Part shown: piece after piece, positions 10,382 through 19,335 of the stretch
Layout: every line of letters begins with the position of its first letter
Numbering within the stretch: position 1 is the first letter of the stretch
Assembly: GCA_015233495.1 (NCBI GenBank)
Contig: JADFXQ010000001.1
Coordinates: 2,790-66,789 of the forward strand
Length of the DNA stretch: 64,000 bases
Origin: Candidatus Omnitrophota bacterium
GTDB taxonomy: Bacteria; Omnitrophota; Gorgyraeia; Zapsychrales; Zapsychraceae
Reading direction: 5' to 3'
Translations under genes and position numbers: made by a program
The notes under the pieces: generated by a model
What the model was told of the DNA's origin: nothing
The model's database searches: none
Seen by the model: only the letters and a program-made list of their open reading frames with translations

Positions 10382-10514
10382 AAGACACAAGACACAAGTT
10401 TCTGTTTGAATGTCTTGTTTGAAAAATAAAATTGAGGCTGATATCACAAGATATTATTTATACGTTAAGGCCGGTGTCTTGTGTCCTGTGTCCTGTGTCA
10501 TGTGTCCTTGTGAC
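10382..10514. repeat. inverted arrays of the heptad GACACA(A/G): 2 copies at 10382-10398 and 5 copies on the other strand at 10474-10514, flanking an AT-rich 75-bp spacer
   Basis: Direct reading of the sequence; the downstream array is translated as the C-terminal tail of the proC ORF. Confidence 0.7.
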
Positions 10515-11299
10515 AATTCACCGGCGCGTGCAGCCGCCGCTTGTAATGCTTCCGTAAAAATCTTCTGCATACCGCGCTGGGCGAACACCTCCAGCGCCGC
10601 TTGAGTTGTTCCGCCTTTGGACGTGACCCGCTCTCTCAACACCGCCGCGTCTTCTCCCGACGATTCAAGAAGCGCCAAACTGCCTTTTAACGTCTGCGTC
10701 ACTAAAACTCGGCTCGCCGCGTCGCTCAACTTTAAATTTTTCGCGGCTGCCAAAAGACATTCGACAAATAAAAATAAATACGCTGGTCCGCTCCCAGACA
10801 CGGCGGTCACCGCGTCCATCATTTTTTCTTCCACAACCACGGTTCGGCCGATTTTGTCAAATAACTGACAGGTCGTTTTCACATCCGCGACGGTCGCATT
10901 GCGCCCCGCGCTGACCGCGGTCATGCCTTGCCCAACTTGCGCCGGCAAATTCGGCATAGTCCGGACAACCCGCTGACCTTTCCCCAACTGTTTTTCGATA
11001 AACGCGGCAGTCACGCCCGCGGCAATCGACACAAATAATTTGCGCTGATTCGCGTAAGGTTTAACCGCGGTCAAAACCTCGGCCATCATCTGCGGCTTTA
11101 CGGCAAGGATAATCCTATCCGACGCCGAAATAACATCCGCCAAATCCCCGGAAGTCACGCCGTATTTTTTCCGTAAAAACTTGATCTTCTCCTGGTCCGG
11201 ATCACATACGCTCACCTGATAAGAAGCATGAATCCCCGCAATGATTGCGGCGCCCATATTCCCGCCGCCAATGATACCGACCCGCAATTTAGTTTTCAT
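10454..11299 (-). CDS. proC: pyrroline-5-carboxylate reductase
   Basis: N-terminal VGIIGGGNMG Rossmann motif; ProC dimerisation domain. The last roughly 15 codons read through the heptad repeats. Confidence 0.8.
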   Translation of the reverse strand: MKTKLRVGIIGGGNMGAAIIAGIHASYQVSVCDPDQEKIKFLRKKYGVTSGDLADVISASDRIILAVKPQMMAEVLTAVKPYANQRKLFVSIAAGVTAAFIEKQLGKGQRVVRTMPNLPAQVGQGMTAVSAGRNATVADVKTTCQLFDKIGRTVVVEEKMMDAVTAVSGSGPAYLFLFVECLLAAAKNLKLSDAASRVLVTQTLKGSLALLESSGEDAAVLRERVTSKGGTTQAALEVFAQRGMQKIFTEALQAAAARAGELSQGHMTQDTGHKTPALTYK

Positions 11300-11984
11300 G
11301 AAACAACGCCCTCCCGACGCGCACCATATTCGCGCCTTCTTCGATCGCGATCAAATGGTCCGCGGACATACCCATAGATAAATATTTCATAGTGACGGAC
11401 GGACGATCCCGAAACTGTGCGGAAATTCGATCCCGCAATTCCCGCAACTGCCGGAAACTCTGCCGCACCGCGTTGACGTTATCGGTCAGCGCGGCCATGG
11501 TCATCAGTCCTTGCACGCGAATATTTTTTAATCCGGATATTTGCCCGATCAAATCCGACGCCGCCGCAGGATCAACCCCCGACTTCTGCTCTTCCGCCGA
11601 CTCATTCACCTGAACCAAAATACCCATCACCTTTCCCAACCGGGCCGCGTGTTTATCGATTTCCTCGGCTAATTTCATACTGTCAACCGATTGGATCATA
11701 TCAAACAGCTCAACCGCGATCTTGGCCTTATTCGTCTGCAAATGCCCGATCATATGCTTCTTGACCCGGGCTACGTCTCCACCCAGGGCGGCGAACTTCT
11801 CTTTGGAGTCTTGAACCCGGTTCTCCCCGATATCCGTCAATCCAGCCGCGATCGCGTCCCGGATCCCAACCGCGTCCGTATATTTAGAAGCCCCGACCAC
11901 AACAATCTCACCCGGATCCCGCCCGATTTTCCGGCAAGTTTCCCCGATCGCTTGCTGAATTTTAAAAAGATTATCCTTAATCAT
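11289..11984 (-). CDS. yggS: YggS-family pyridoxal-phosphate homeostasis protein (alanine-racemase-fold)
   Basis: VVGASKY..IGENRVQD motifs of the YggS/PLPHP family; start at internal Met MIKDNLF. Confidence 0.7.
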   Translation of the reverse strand: MIKDNLFKIQQAIGETCRKIGRDPGEIVVVGASKYTDAVGIRDAIAAGLTDIGENRVQDSKEKFAALGGDVARVKKHMIGHLQTNKAKIAVELFDMIQSVDSMKLAEEIDKHAARLGKVMGILVQVNESAEEQKSGVDPAAASDLIGQISGLKNIRVQGLMTMAALTDNVNAVRQSFRQLRELRDRISAQFRDRPSVTMKYLSMGMSADHLIAIEEGANMVRVGRALFHEN

Positions 11985-12018
11985 CAGGCGCACAAAATAC
12001 CACAAAAACCGAACGGCG

Positions 12019-12243
12019 TCAAACTTCCGTGCGTTCGTCAAAAATCAGAATGGAAATGCGTTTGCCGATCCGAAACGTCGCGTATCCGGAAGCCACAATA
12101 AAAACCCCAACCGGCAAATTGACCGCGTTGCGCGTCACGACATCCAACAGCACAACCGCCAATCCCAAAAACACGGAAGCCGCTCCCGAATAACTACAAA
12201 ACGCGCTCAACCTCTGCAAATGCTGAACATTTTCCGCTTTCAT
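12019..12243 (-). CDS. small two-TM membrane protein, hypothetical
   Basis: 74-aa ORF with two hydrophobic helices; no recognisable family. Confidence 0.3.
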   Translation of the reverse strand: MKAENVQHLQRLSAFCSYSGAASVFLGLAVVLLDVVTRNAVNLPVGVFIVASGYATFRIGKRISILIFDERTEV

Positions 12244-12271
12244 ATGCCTCTCCTCTTCTTAATATGCTCCC

Positions 12272-12353
12272 CTTGTGGGTGCCCGTTGTTCTGGCGCGAT
12301 CGCATAACGGGCGCCCACGAGCCTGCCTGCCGAAGGCAGGGGGCGCCCCTACA
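12272..12353. repeat. GC-rich palindromic element, full intergenic copy with an extra inverted arm; its CTAC end supplies the serpin stop codon
   Basis: AACGGGCGCCCACGAGCCTGCCTGCCGAAGGCAGGGGGCGCCCCTACA, preceded by inverted arm CTTGTGGGTGCCCGTT. Confidence 0.7.
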
Positions 12354-13563
12354 TTGCCGACGGGTCATTGACCCGGCCGATGAATAAGATCAACCCGGTT
12401 TTGCGGTCTTGGATGATAAACAGAAATGGATGATCCGCCTGGAATATCTTGGGCGGTACCGACATATGGGTGACAGTTCCTTTCAGCATCATCACCACCG
12501 TTGCCGCGGCCGCTTCCGTTCCTTCTTCATTCACCTCCACAAACGCCTGATGAATCACCGCGGAAATAAACAAATCTTTTTTGCCGGTCATCCCCGAAAA
12601 ATCCGCGTCAACATCGCTAAATGCCGCTTGCATTCCCAGAGAATTCAAATCCTGCCTCATAAAATATTTAGTCCCGAATTTGAACTTAGGCAAATAAATA
12701 ATGACTTTTTCCTGCTGCAATAATTTTTGCCATTCCGCCACCTTGGCCGCGTTCAAAGACGCTTCCACGGATTCCAGAGTTTTTTTCCCCGGCAAAAGAA
12801 TCAGCATGGACAGATCTTCTCCCTGATAAGGCAACTCAAGAATCTGCAGTCCGTCTGCCTCCGCGTAGGATTTGTTCTCGGACAAATACATGGTCGGGAC
12901 TTTAACTGTTTTTTGATCGCCGGTCCTAAAATTCGCTTTCCGAGTATGCTGGGCGTCAAACGGCGTCCGCCAAGACCCTTTAAAATATACGACATTAGTA
13001 AGAATCAATTTTGTATCCGCGCCGATCATTCCCGACGGGATCAATTCCTCGATTTTATGATTCGTCCGCTCCTCTACCCACAGATTAATCGTCTGCCGCG
13101 ATTCCTCCGACCGAATCCGGAAATCCAAATTCGTCGCCTTCCCGCCGTAATATTTCTCGATCAGACTAAAATATTCTTCCAAAAACGGATAACCCTCCTG
13201 CGCCCACAAGGCATTCGCGGTATTCAGCGTGTATTTTTTGTCTGCCTTATTGATCTCCTGATAAATCGCCAAATACGCCTCCCGCCGGGCCGCCGCGTCC
13301 GAAGGAAAATGAAACACCTTTTCCATCTCCGCCGCCGTCTGCCCCCGGCCGCCTTCATACGTCATGGCCAAAGCCGAAGAAATGCTGTAAGGCGAATAAA
13401 AAATATTCCCCGGTAGGGACTTATACCGCGCATAAAGCTCAAACGCGAACTGATTGTTCGCCGCGACCACAGCGCTGACATCCGCCGCGCCGGCCGGGAT
13501 AGGCGCCAAGAATACTGCAATGAGTAATAAAACAACCAACGGCAAAAAAATCCTTTTTATCAT
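12349..13563 (-). CDS. serpin-family serine protease inhibitor, secreted
   Basis: Signal peptide; FYSPYSISSALAM, NAVYFKGSW and reactive-centre-loop-like GTEAAAATVV..PKIFQADHPFLF motifs. Confidence 0.8.
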   Translation of the reverse strand: MIKRIFLPLVVLLLIAVFLAPIPAGAADVSAVVAANNQFAFELYARYKSLPGNIFYSPYSISSALAMTYEGGRGQTAAEMEKVFHFPSDAAARREAYLAIYQEINKADKKYTLNTANALWAQEGYPFLEEYFSLIEKYYGGKATNLDFRIRSEESRQTINLWVEERTNHKIEELIPSGMIGADTKLILTNVVYFKGSWRTPFDAQHTRKANFRTGDQKTVKVPTMYLSENKSYAEADGLQILELPYQGEDLSMLILLPGKKTLESVEASLNAAKVAEWQKLLQQEKVIIYLPKFKFGTKYFMRQDLNSLGMQAAFSDVDADFSGMTGKKDLFISAVIHQAFVEVNEEGTEAAAATVVMMLKGTVTHMSVPPKIFQADHPFLFIIQDRKTGLILFIGRVNDPSAM

Positions 13564-13790
13564 GATTTGCCCTTTCGTTGAGTTTCTTTCTTTAAATACG
13601 CCGCGCCCTTTTTCGTAAGACGGTATTTCTGCATACGGCTATTTGCTTTTGCCGGGATGGTATATTCAATCCATCCGGCTTTTAAAGCCGGATGCAAATA
13701 ATTATCACGAAACGTCGGCCGATGCCTCAATTCCAGCGCTGTCCGGATCTCTCCGGAAGATAATTCCCTGTTTCTCAATAAGTCGAGCAT
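13560..13790 (-). CDS. winged-helix domain protein (fragment resembling Fic/RecG-associated C-terminal wHTH); likely a gene remnant
   Basis: 76-aa ORF with a KYRLTKKG-type wHTH tail; no upstream continuation. Confidence 0.3.
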   Translation of the reverse strand: MLDLLRNRELSSGEIRTALELRHRPTFRDNYLHPALKAGWIEYTIPAKANSRMQKYRLTKKGAAYLKKETQRKGKS

Positions 13791-13962
13791 CCGACGGACT
13801 GGGTCGGTGGCTCAGGCTGTCGCGCCGGTTTTTTCCGCCAGATTGTTAAAATAAAAACCTTTCAATTAACCTATGAACAGTTGCCATATTGACAGGTTAG
13901 TTCATAGGTTGCAAGCTCGAAGCCGTCAAAAGATTTTCCGCGCTCCTCAAGTTTCGGCAACT

Positions 13963-14030
13963 ACGCCGACGGATCACTGACCCGGCCGATGAATAAAATC
14001 AACCCGGTTTTTCATCTTGAATGATCCTCC
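13963..14030 (-). pseudogene. degraded fragment of a second serpin gene (3' end only)
   Basis: About 85% DNA identity to 12355-12420, the 3' end of the intact serpin gene, with no ORF around it. Confidence 0.5.
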
Positions 14031-14300
14031 GTAATTTGGTCGCTGAATGGGTCGTTTACTGCCTTTCATCTCTGACGGCGCATTCTATGCTCGATTTTAT
14101 ACAACACGTCCAATTTTTCCACAACCGATTTTCTTTGCATGACAATGGTCTTGATGAATCAGACTCCCCTCGTAAAGATACAATTTTTTTATTCATAAGT
14201 CCCCTTTAATTGTATAGGAAAATCTCTTCGATAAAAATCTATTTCCCAACCCAGGCTTGTGTTATACTTCTAATAGAGAATGCTTATTGGAGATCTTATT

Positions 14301-14519
14301 ATGAAACCCATGGAAATCATATTTCTTGTTGAGCAAGACCCGGAAGGCGGCTTCACAGCCAAGGCCCTTGAATATTCCATTTTTACCCAAGGCGAAACGC
14401 TTGAGGAATTAAAAACAAACATCAAAGATGCCCTTCTTTGTCATTTTGATTCTAAAGACGGCATTCCGGCATTGATTCGTTTACATATTGTCCGCGAAGA
14501 AACCCTGATTTATGCCTAA
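14301..14519 (+). CDS. hicB: HicB-family antitoxin (UPF0150 fold)
   Basis: Short HicB-like N-domain (FLVEQDPEGGFTAKALEYSIFTQGETLEELKTNIKDAL); GGAG Shine-Dalgarno; overlaps hicA by 8 nt. Confidence 0.6.
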   Translation: MKPMEIIFLVEQDPEGGFTAKALEYSIFTQGETLEELKTNIKDALLCHFDSKDGIPALIRLHIVREETLIYA

Positions 14520-14757
14520 AATCCCTCGCGATCTATCCGGTCAAGATCTCGTTAAAGCCTTGCGATCATTCGATTACAAAATTGCTCGACAATCGGGGAG
14601 CCACATTCGCTTGGTTTCTCAATATAAAGGCAACGAACACGCCATCACGATCCCGGATCATTCCTCCATCAAAATCGGAACACTCAACAATATTCTCAAT
14701 GACATCGCTGTATATTTATGCATAAGCAAAGACTCTCTCATCGAAAAATTATTTTAA
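14512..14757 (+). CDS. hicA: HicA-family mRNA interferase toxin
   Basis: GSHIRL...HAITIPDH..IKIGTLNNIL matches the HicA (YcfA-like) pattern. Confidence 0.65.
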   Translation: MPKIPRDLSGQDLVKALRSFDYKIARQSGSHIRLVSQYKGNEHAITIPDHSSIKIGTLNNILNDIAVYLCISKDSLIEKLF

Positions 14758-14758
14758 C

Positions 14759-15415
14759 TCATTCACCGACCTTCCCTGCATAAGTCTTTTCAAACTCCCG
14801 AACAACTCCCTCTCGGGACAGGACAATCTCACGAATTATTTTTTCCTGTTGTTCCGATAAATCCCGTTTGCCGTCCTTGATAAACCCTTCGGCAATGATC
14901 TCTAGGTCAATTTCTATGTAATTTTTGTGATTGCGTAACAATTCGAACGCCTCTTCGTATTCTTTCTTTTTAACCAAATCCCGCATCTTGGCCCAATGAT
15001 CTTGAATCTCCTGCGGAGGATAATAGGAATTCCCGTCGAAATAACCACGAAGTACATCAGTATAGGCGTTTACCCATCGCTGTCTCTGAAAATTTGAAAC
15101 CTCTTTATACAATTTGGCGCTATCTTCCAAGGCATATACACTCCACGCAGGCACAATATGATTATCCTTATATCCCCTATACGCCATAGTAACAGCGATC
15201 CATACGATACAATCACTAAGTCTTGTCACTGCGTCTCTATTCTCTTCTTGATTAAACGCCAGAATCTCTTTCATCGGCCAATACAAATTCTGAGGAGGAT
15301 TTCGAAGGGGCAATCTGCCGGCTCGTGCAATTTGCATATTATACTTAATCATGTGAAACCCCAAACCGATAAGCACAATCAAAAACAACCAGTGTAATAA
15401 TTGCTTATTTTTCAT
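14759..15415 (-). CDS. membrane-anchored hypothetical protein, paralog of the next gene
   Basis: N-terminal TM helix; shares RWVNAY and IAEGFIKDGK..EQQEKIIREIV blocks with 15412-16341. Confidence 0.55.
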   Translation of the reverse strand: MKNKQLLHWLFLIVLIGLGFHMIKYNMQIARAGRLPLRNPPQNLYWPMKEILAFNQEENRDAVTRLSDCIVWIAVTMAYRGYKDNHIVPAWSVYALEDSAKLYKEVSNFQRQRWVNAYTDVLRGYFDGNSYYPPQEIQDHWAKMRDLVKKKEYEEAFELLRNHKNYIEIDLEIIAEGFIKDGKRDLSEQQEKIIREIVLSREGVVREFEKTYAGKVGE

Positions 15416-16341
15416 CGATTGATAACTCCTTCCTTACGCGCTACAAAGCGTTCAATCTGCGATTCCTGTTGTTTCGTTAAAGCCGCGACTTTCTGTTGAA
15501 TGAGCCCTTCCGCAATGATTTTCAAACCGTCGCGTATAGAATAATAATCTTCCATATCCAATACGGCAAATGCCGACTGATAATCTTTGTGAGCAACAAA
15601 TGCCCTGATCATATCCTCCAAAGCGCGCCACAAATCACTTTTATTGTTGTCCTGATACAACTTGATCGCCTCCGAGGCTTTTCCGGATTCAGAATACGTT
15701 TTTATAATGACCGTTAATGTGTCTCGGCGTTCATCGGAATAAATCTGCGGCGTCAGACTGCTCAATGACATTTGAATAAATCGTTCCCCCTCGAGAACAT
15801 TGCCCGATTTAAAAAAATATTCTCCCATTTTTGCCAACGCATAGGGTTGATTTTGGCATTTGGCAATCGCCATAGTTAAATCTTTTTTTAAAATCCAATT
15901 TTCAATCACCTGCCAATTTCTCACATATTCACTCGGGAAACCTTCTGGGCCCCCCGGCAAACGCCCGCACGCACGGGCGCGAAATATATTCAATTCATTT
16001 AAAAATTTATTAAGGGAGGATTTTTTCTGAAGCTGCGCTTTAAAAGCATTGACCCAGCGCATCCTTTTCTCATAACCGCCTTTCGCATATAATCCTGAAA
16101 CTTCATTGAGCTGATAAATATCACCGTCTAAATCAACGCCCCTCAAACATAAAGAATGCCCTGTGACTGCATATAACAAAACGCAATCCAAAACTTTTGT
16201 GGCTTGGTCACGGTTTACTTCGAAATTAAAATCCCATATTGTGTTAATGCGTTCCTTTAACAGCCTGCCATAAAGGCCATTGCCCGCAACAACAACGCTA
16301 ATGGCAACCAAACAAAAAATAAAAAAATAAATTTTTTTCAT
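15412..16341 (-). CDS. membrane-anchored hypothetical protein with a TPR-like middle region, tandem paralog
   Basis: Start set at the internal Met with a GGAGGAG Shine-Dalgarno; the longer ORF would overlap the addB stop by 56 nt. Confidence 0.55.
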   Translation of the reverse strand: MKKIYFFIFCLVAISVVVAGNGLYGRLLKERINTIWDFNFEVNRDQATKVLDCVLLYAVTGHSLCLRGVDLDGDIYQLNEVSGLYAKGGYEKRMRWVNAFKAQLQKKSSLNKFLNELNIFRARACGRLPGGPEGFPSEYVRNWQVIENWILKKDLTMAIAKCQNQPYALAKMGEYFFKSGNVLEGERFIQMSLSSLTPQIYSDERRDTLTVIIKTYSESGKASEAIKLYQDNNKSDLWRALEDMIRAFVAHKDYQSAFAVLDMEDYYSIRDGLKIIAEGLIQQKVAALTKQQESQIERFVARKEGVINR

Positions 16342-16357
16342 AACTCCTCCGATCGCA

Positions 16358-19249
16358 TTATCGTTGATCTTCCACAAACGGCACATCGGGGTTACAGATT
16401 TCCTGCCAGACACTGTCTAATCCAGCCAAGCAGGCCGCTTGCATGGCTTGCTGTTCTTCCGGAGTGCTGCCATTTTTGAATCTTTCCAACTTCATGGTCT
16501 TGAGGCTATAGAGCCCGCCCTGGACTCGAGCTTCCGGATAAATTTTTTTCATGCAGTATGTATATAAAGGAAGCTGGAAGGATTTGACGCGGTCGCGGAT
16601 ATTTTCGCGGGTCATTTCCATGCCGGCAATGCGCTGTACTCCTTGCGGGACTTTGTCCGTGCTCCCGGTTTTGTAATCAATGACTAAAATACTGCCGTCA
16701 TTGAGCCGGTCAACCCGGTCAACCACATAACGGAATTTCATCTCGCCGGACGGCAACACAATGCGGTCTTCAAAATGCTTTTCCAAACCGAGGATTTCCT
16801 TCACCTCGCCGTTAACGCGGCCGGCTTCGGATTCATAAAATTGTTCCAGCCGGTGTTCCAGAACCGGACGCATGAGAAACCCGTCAGACAAATTGTTTTT
16901 TCCGAACCGCGCCGTGAATTTCTGCTCAAAGATCGAAAACAACCGCTTATGAAACCCGGCATTGATTTCCGGCTGGCGTCCGATCAACGGCCCAAACGTC
17001 TCCTCCAACACCGCGTGCAATAAAATCCCGATGTCGCGGCCCTCCGGCTCGTCCAACAAATCGTCCCGTTCCCGCAAACCCAAAACATAATTGAGATAAA
17101 AATCCATCGGGTTATCCAAATACATATTCAAAGCGGACACGGAATACGGCATATCCCGCAAAAAATCAACCATGGCCGGAGTCTTGGCGATTTGCCGCGT
17201 CCCTGCCGTGACCTTGACGGCAAAAGACGCGTGCCGCGCTTTTACGCATTCAATCTCCCCGGCCTTGCGCTCCTGTTCCCAGATCAGCTCCTCGACAAAC
17301 CGGCTGCGCTCTTTCTCTTTATTTTCCTCATAAATAAGATGCACCGCCCGCGCCGGCCCGATCAGCCGCATGAATTGATACCGCTGGATTTCTTCGTCGA
17401 GCTCAAGCCGGTCGAGCCCCAAGCTGATCATCACTTCGCGCGGAATCAGCGGCTGATGCACTTGCAAACGCGGCAGTTTGCCTTCATTCACATCCAAAAT
17501 GATAACCTGATCAAAATTCAACGAGCGGGTCTCCAGCAAACCCAAAATCTGCAAGCCCTTAAGCGGCGACCCGGAAAACGAGACCATTTCCCGGCTGATG
17601 TTCTCAGTAAAAATTCGGAAAATATCTTCCGGCAAAAAACGCTCCTTGCCGAATCCGGACTCCCGCATATCCTGCGCCATGTCCAACAACCGCGAAGCAA
17701 TATTCACATTAAAAGGAAACGAGACCAAAGCGCTTTTCTCCGCCACCAGACGGGACAAATTCTCCAAAGCGTCCGCGAAAGAACAAAAATCCCCGATCTG
17801 CTCCCACGCCCGGAAAAATATCTGATGCATCCGCTTGAGCGCCTGACCCAAAGCTTCCCGCGACACTGTCGGGTCCACGGCCCCGGCCGCCTCCCGGCTG
17901 ATCGACAAGACATCCTCGTCCTGCTCAATCTCGTCGAGATTCAAAAACAATTTGCCGGACAGACCCGTGACCGTATCGCCCGACAAAATTTCCTCGATCT
18001 TATGGACTAAAATCCGGGTCACCGCCGGATCTTTAAACCAGCAAATATTTTTCACCAAAGGATGGCGCAAGACCCGCAAATAATCCCGGGCATAATACCC
18101 CTCCGACCAAATTGCATCAGCGGTGTTACTAAATGATTGTTTGTCGTAGGGGCGCCCAAGCTGCCGGCAGGCAGGCGAGAGGGCGCCCATACGTTCGCCC
18201 GTTATCCTATCTGACCGAGACAATTGGCACCGAAAAATATCATCCAGCAGAACACACAAACTGCTGCGGTTTAACGGATATCCCAATGATACATTGCAAT
18301 CCTCTACCCAGGGCCGCAGGTCCGCCAGCAAAGGCACAACCGCGTCGGAATCCGGCAAGACAATCACGGTTTGATCGCGCCGGTCAATGGTCTTGAGAAT
18401 TTCTCCGGCCTGCGCCGCTTGGCTGTGGCGGCTCGTGACAGAATACAATTGAAGTTGAAAATGCAGAGGAACCGGCTGATCGCCTTCGCGCAAAGCGCAT
18501 CCCAACCGCCGGCTGATCCGCTCCAAAACCGGCCATTTGCGCTCATCGCCTTGAAAGATCAAAACCGCCTTGCCCCGGTCGAGGAGATTTTTGACAATCG
18601 CTTCTTCCGTGCGGTGAAAATAAAAAAAGTTGCAAAACAAAATGGCGTCAAATTCCTCCAAAGCCGCGGAGCCGACTTTTTGGGCTGCTTCGCGATAACG
18701 GAATCCCCGGGCCGTCATACCCGACGATCGCAATGCCTCATGATAGGCCAGCCGCAATTTAGACAAATACGTTAACAGCTGATTGATGCCCTGCGGCACG
18801 TCATAACCGATGCGCGCGTTCGCCTCGACTGCCGAAAGACGGCGGTTGTCAATATCCTCCAAATCCAATTGCTCAATAAACGCCAAAATCTCCCGCGCCC
18901 ACGGCAAAAAATCCGCAAAGGTTTTTCGTTTCTCCAAAATCTCCGGCGCGACAGTCAGGGCCAACTGATAAATCAAATAACACTGATCCAAATCGCCCGC
19001 GCCCGGCCGGGCGGCGTCTTGGGCAAGCCGGTCAACCAACTCATCAATCGTGAACATGACCGGCGGGAAAAACCCCTGCCCGATCCGCTTAGCCAAAGCC
19101 CGGCTCAAAAACAAACGCGGCCGCTTCCCGCCAAACACCACAGCCACCCGCCGCAAATCCTTGCCCGGCTGAATAAAATTAACATCCAAATATTCAGCCA
19201 GCCGGTCGATAAACGGCTCTGCGAAATTAAAAGTGATTATTTTTTGCAT
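16358..19249 (-). CDS. AddB/RexB-like helicase-nuclease subunit (PD-(D/E)XK nuclease, no Walker A)
   Basis: 963 aa; C-terminal ILVIDYKTGS nuclease motif; lies in tandem with the AddA-like gene. Confidence 0.65.
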   Translation of the reverse strand: MQKIITFNFAEPFIDRLAEYLDVNFIQPGKDLRRVAVVFGGKRPRLFLSRALAKRIGQGFFPPVMFTIDELVDRLAQDAARPGAGDLDQCYLIYQLALTVAPEILEKRKTFADFLPWAREILAFIEQLDLEDIDNRRLSAVEANARIGYDVPQGINQLLTYLSKLRLAYHEALRSSGMTARGFRYREAAQKVGSAALEEFDAILFCNFFYFHRTEEAIVKNLLDRGKAVLIFQGDERKWPVLERISRRLGCALREGDQPVPLHFQLQLYSVTSRHSQAAQAGEILKTIDRRDQTVIVLPDSDAVVPLLADLRPWVEDCNVSLGYPLNRSSLCVLLDDIFRCQLSRSDRITGERMGALSPACRQLGRPYDKQSFSNTADAIWSEGYYARDYLRVLRHPLVKNICWFKDPAVTRILVHKIEEILSGDTVTGLSGKLFLNLDEIEQDEDVLSISREAAGAVDPTVSREALGQALKRMHQIFFRAWEQIGDFCSFADALENLSRLVAEKSALVSFPFNVNIASRLLDMAQDMRESGFGKERFLPEDIFRIFTENISREMVSFSGSPLKGLQILGLLETRSLNFDQVIILDVNEGKLPRLQVHQPLIPREVMISLGLDRLELDEEIQRYQFMRLIGPARAVHLIYEENKEKERSRFVEELIWEQERKAGEIECVKARHASFAVKVTAGTRQIAKTPAMVDFLRDMPYSVSALNMYLDNPMDFYLNYVLGLRERDDLLDEPEGRDIGILLHAVLEETFGPLIGRQPEINAGFHKRLFSIFEQKFTARFGKNNLSDGFLMRPVLEHRLEQFYESEAGRVNGEVKEILGLEKHFEDRIVLPSGEMKFRYVVDRVDRLNDGSILVIDYKTGSTDKVPQGVQRIAGMEMTRENIRDRVKSFQLPLYTYCMKKIYPEARVQGGLYSLKTMKLERFKNGSTPEEQQAMQAACLAGLDSVWQEICNPDVPFVEDQR
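18144..18208. repeat. GC-rich palindromic element inserted in-frame in the addB-like gene (encodes ITGERMGALSPACRQLGRPYD)
   Basis: GTAGGGGCGCCCAAGCTGCCGGCAGGCAGGCGAGAGGGCGCCCATACG is the inverted orientation of the intergenic copy at 12307. Confidence 0.7.
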
Positions 19250-19291
19250 TTAAAATCCGCCGGAAATTATTTGTTTTATTATATAATTTAA

Positions 19292-19319
19292 TTGACAAAT
19301 TATATAATCATGATATGAT
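19292..19319 (+). promoter_or_regulatory. sigma70-like promoter (TTGACA-16 nt-TATGAT) about 16 nt upstream of the orphan tRNA
   Basis: Direct reading of the sequence. Confidence 0.45.
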
Positions 19320-19335
19320 CATTTGTAAATTTAAC

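Noticed and set aside
10382-10514. Possible CRISPR array: the heptad repeats, and separately the GC-rich palindromes
   Set aside because: The heptads are contiguous with no spacers. The palindromic elements are 5-30 kb apart, in both orientations, and not separated by unique spacers of uniform length. No cas genes are present.
17192-18010. 272-aa plus-strand ORF, and several others (12727-13416, 47648-48607, 56741-57307, 23169-23675 and more) from the six-frame track
   Set aside because: They lie antisense to and entirely within well-supported long genes (addB, serpin, giant gene, FAD oxidoreductase, addA). They are Arg/Pro/Gln-rich with no recognisable motifs and no ribosome-binding sites, as expected for shadow ORFs in GC-moderate DNA.
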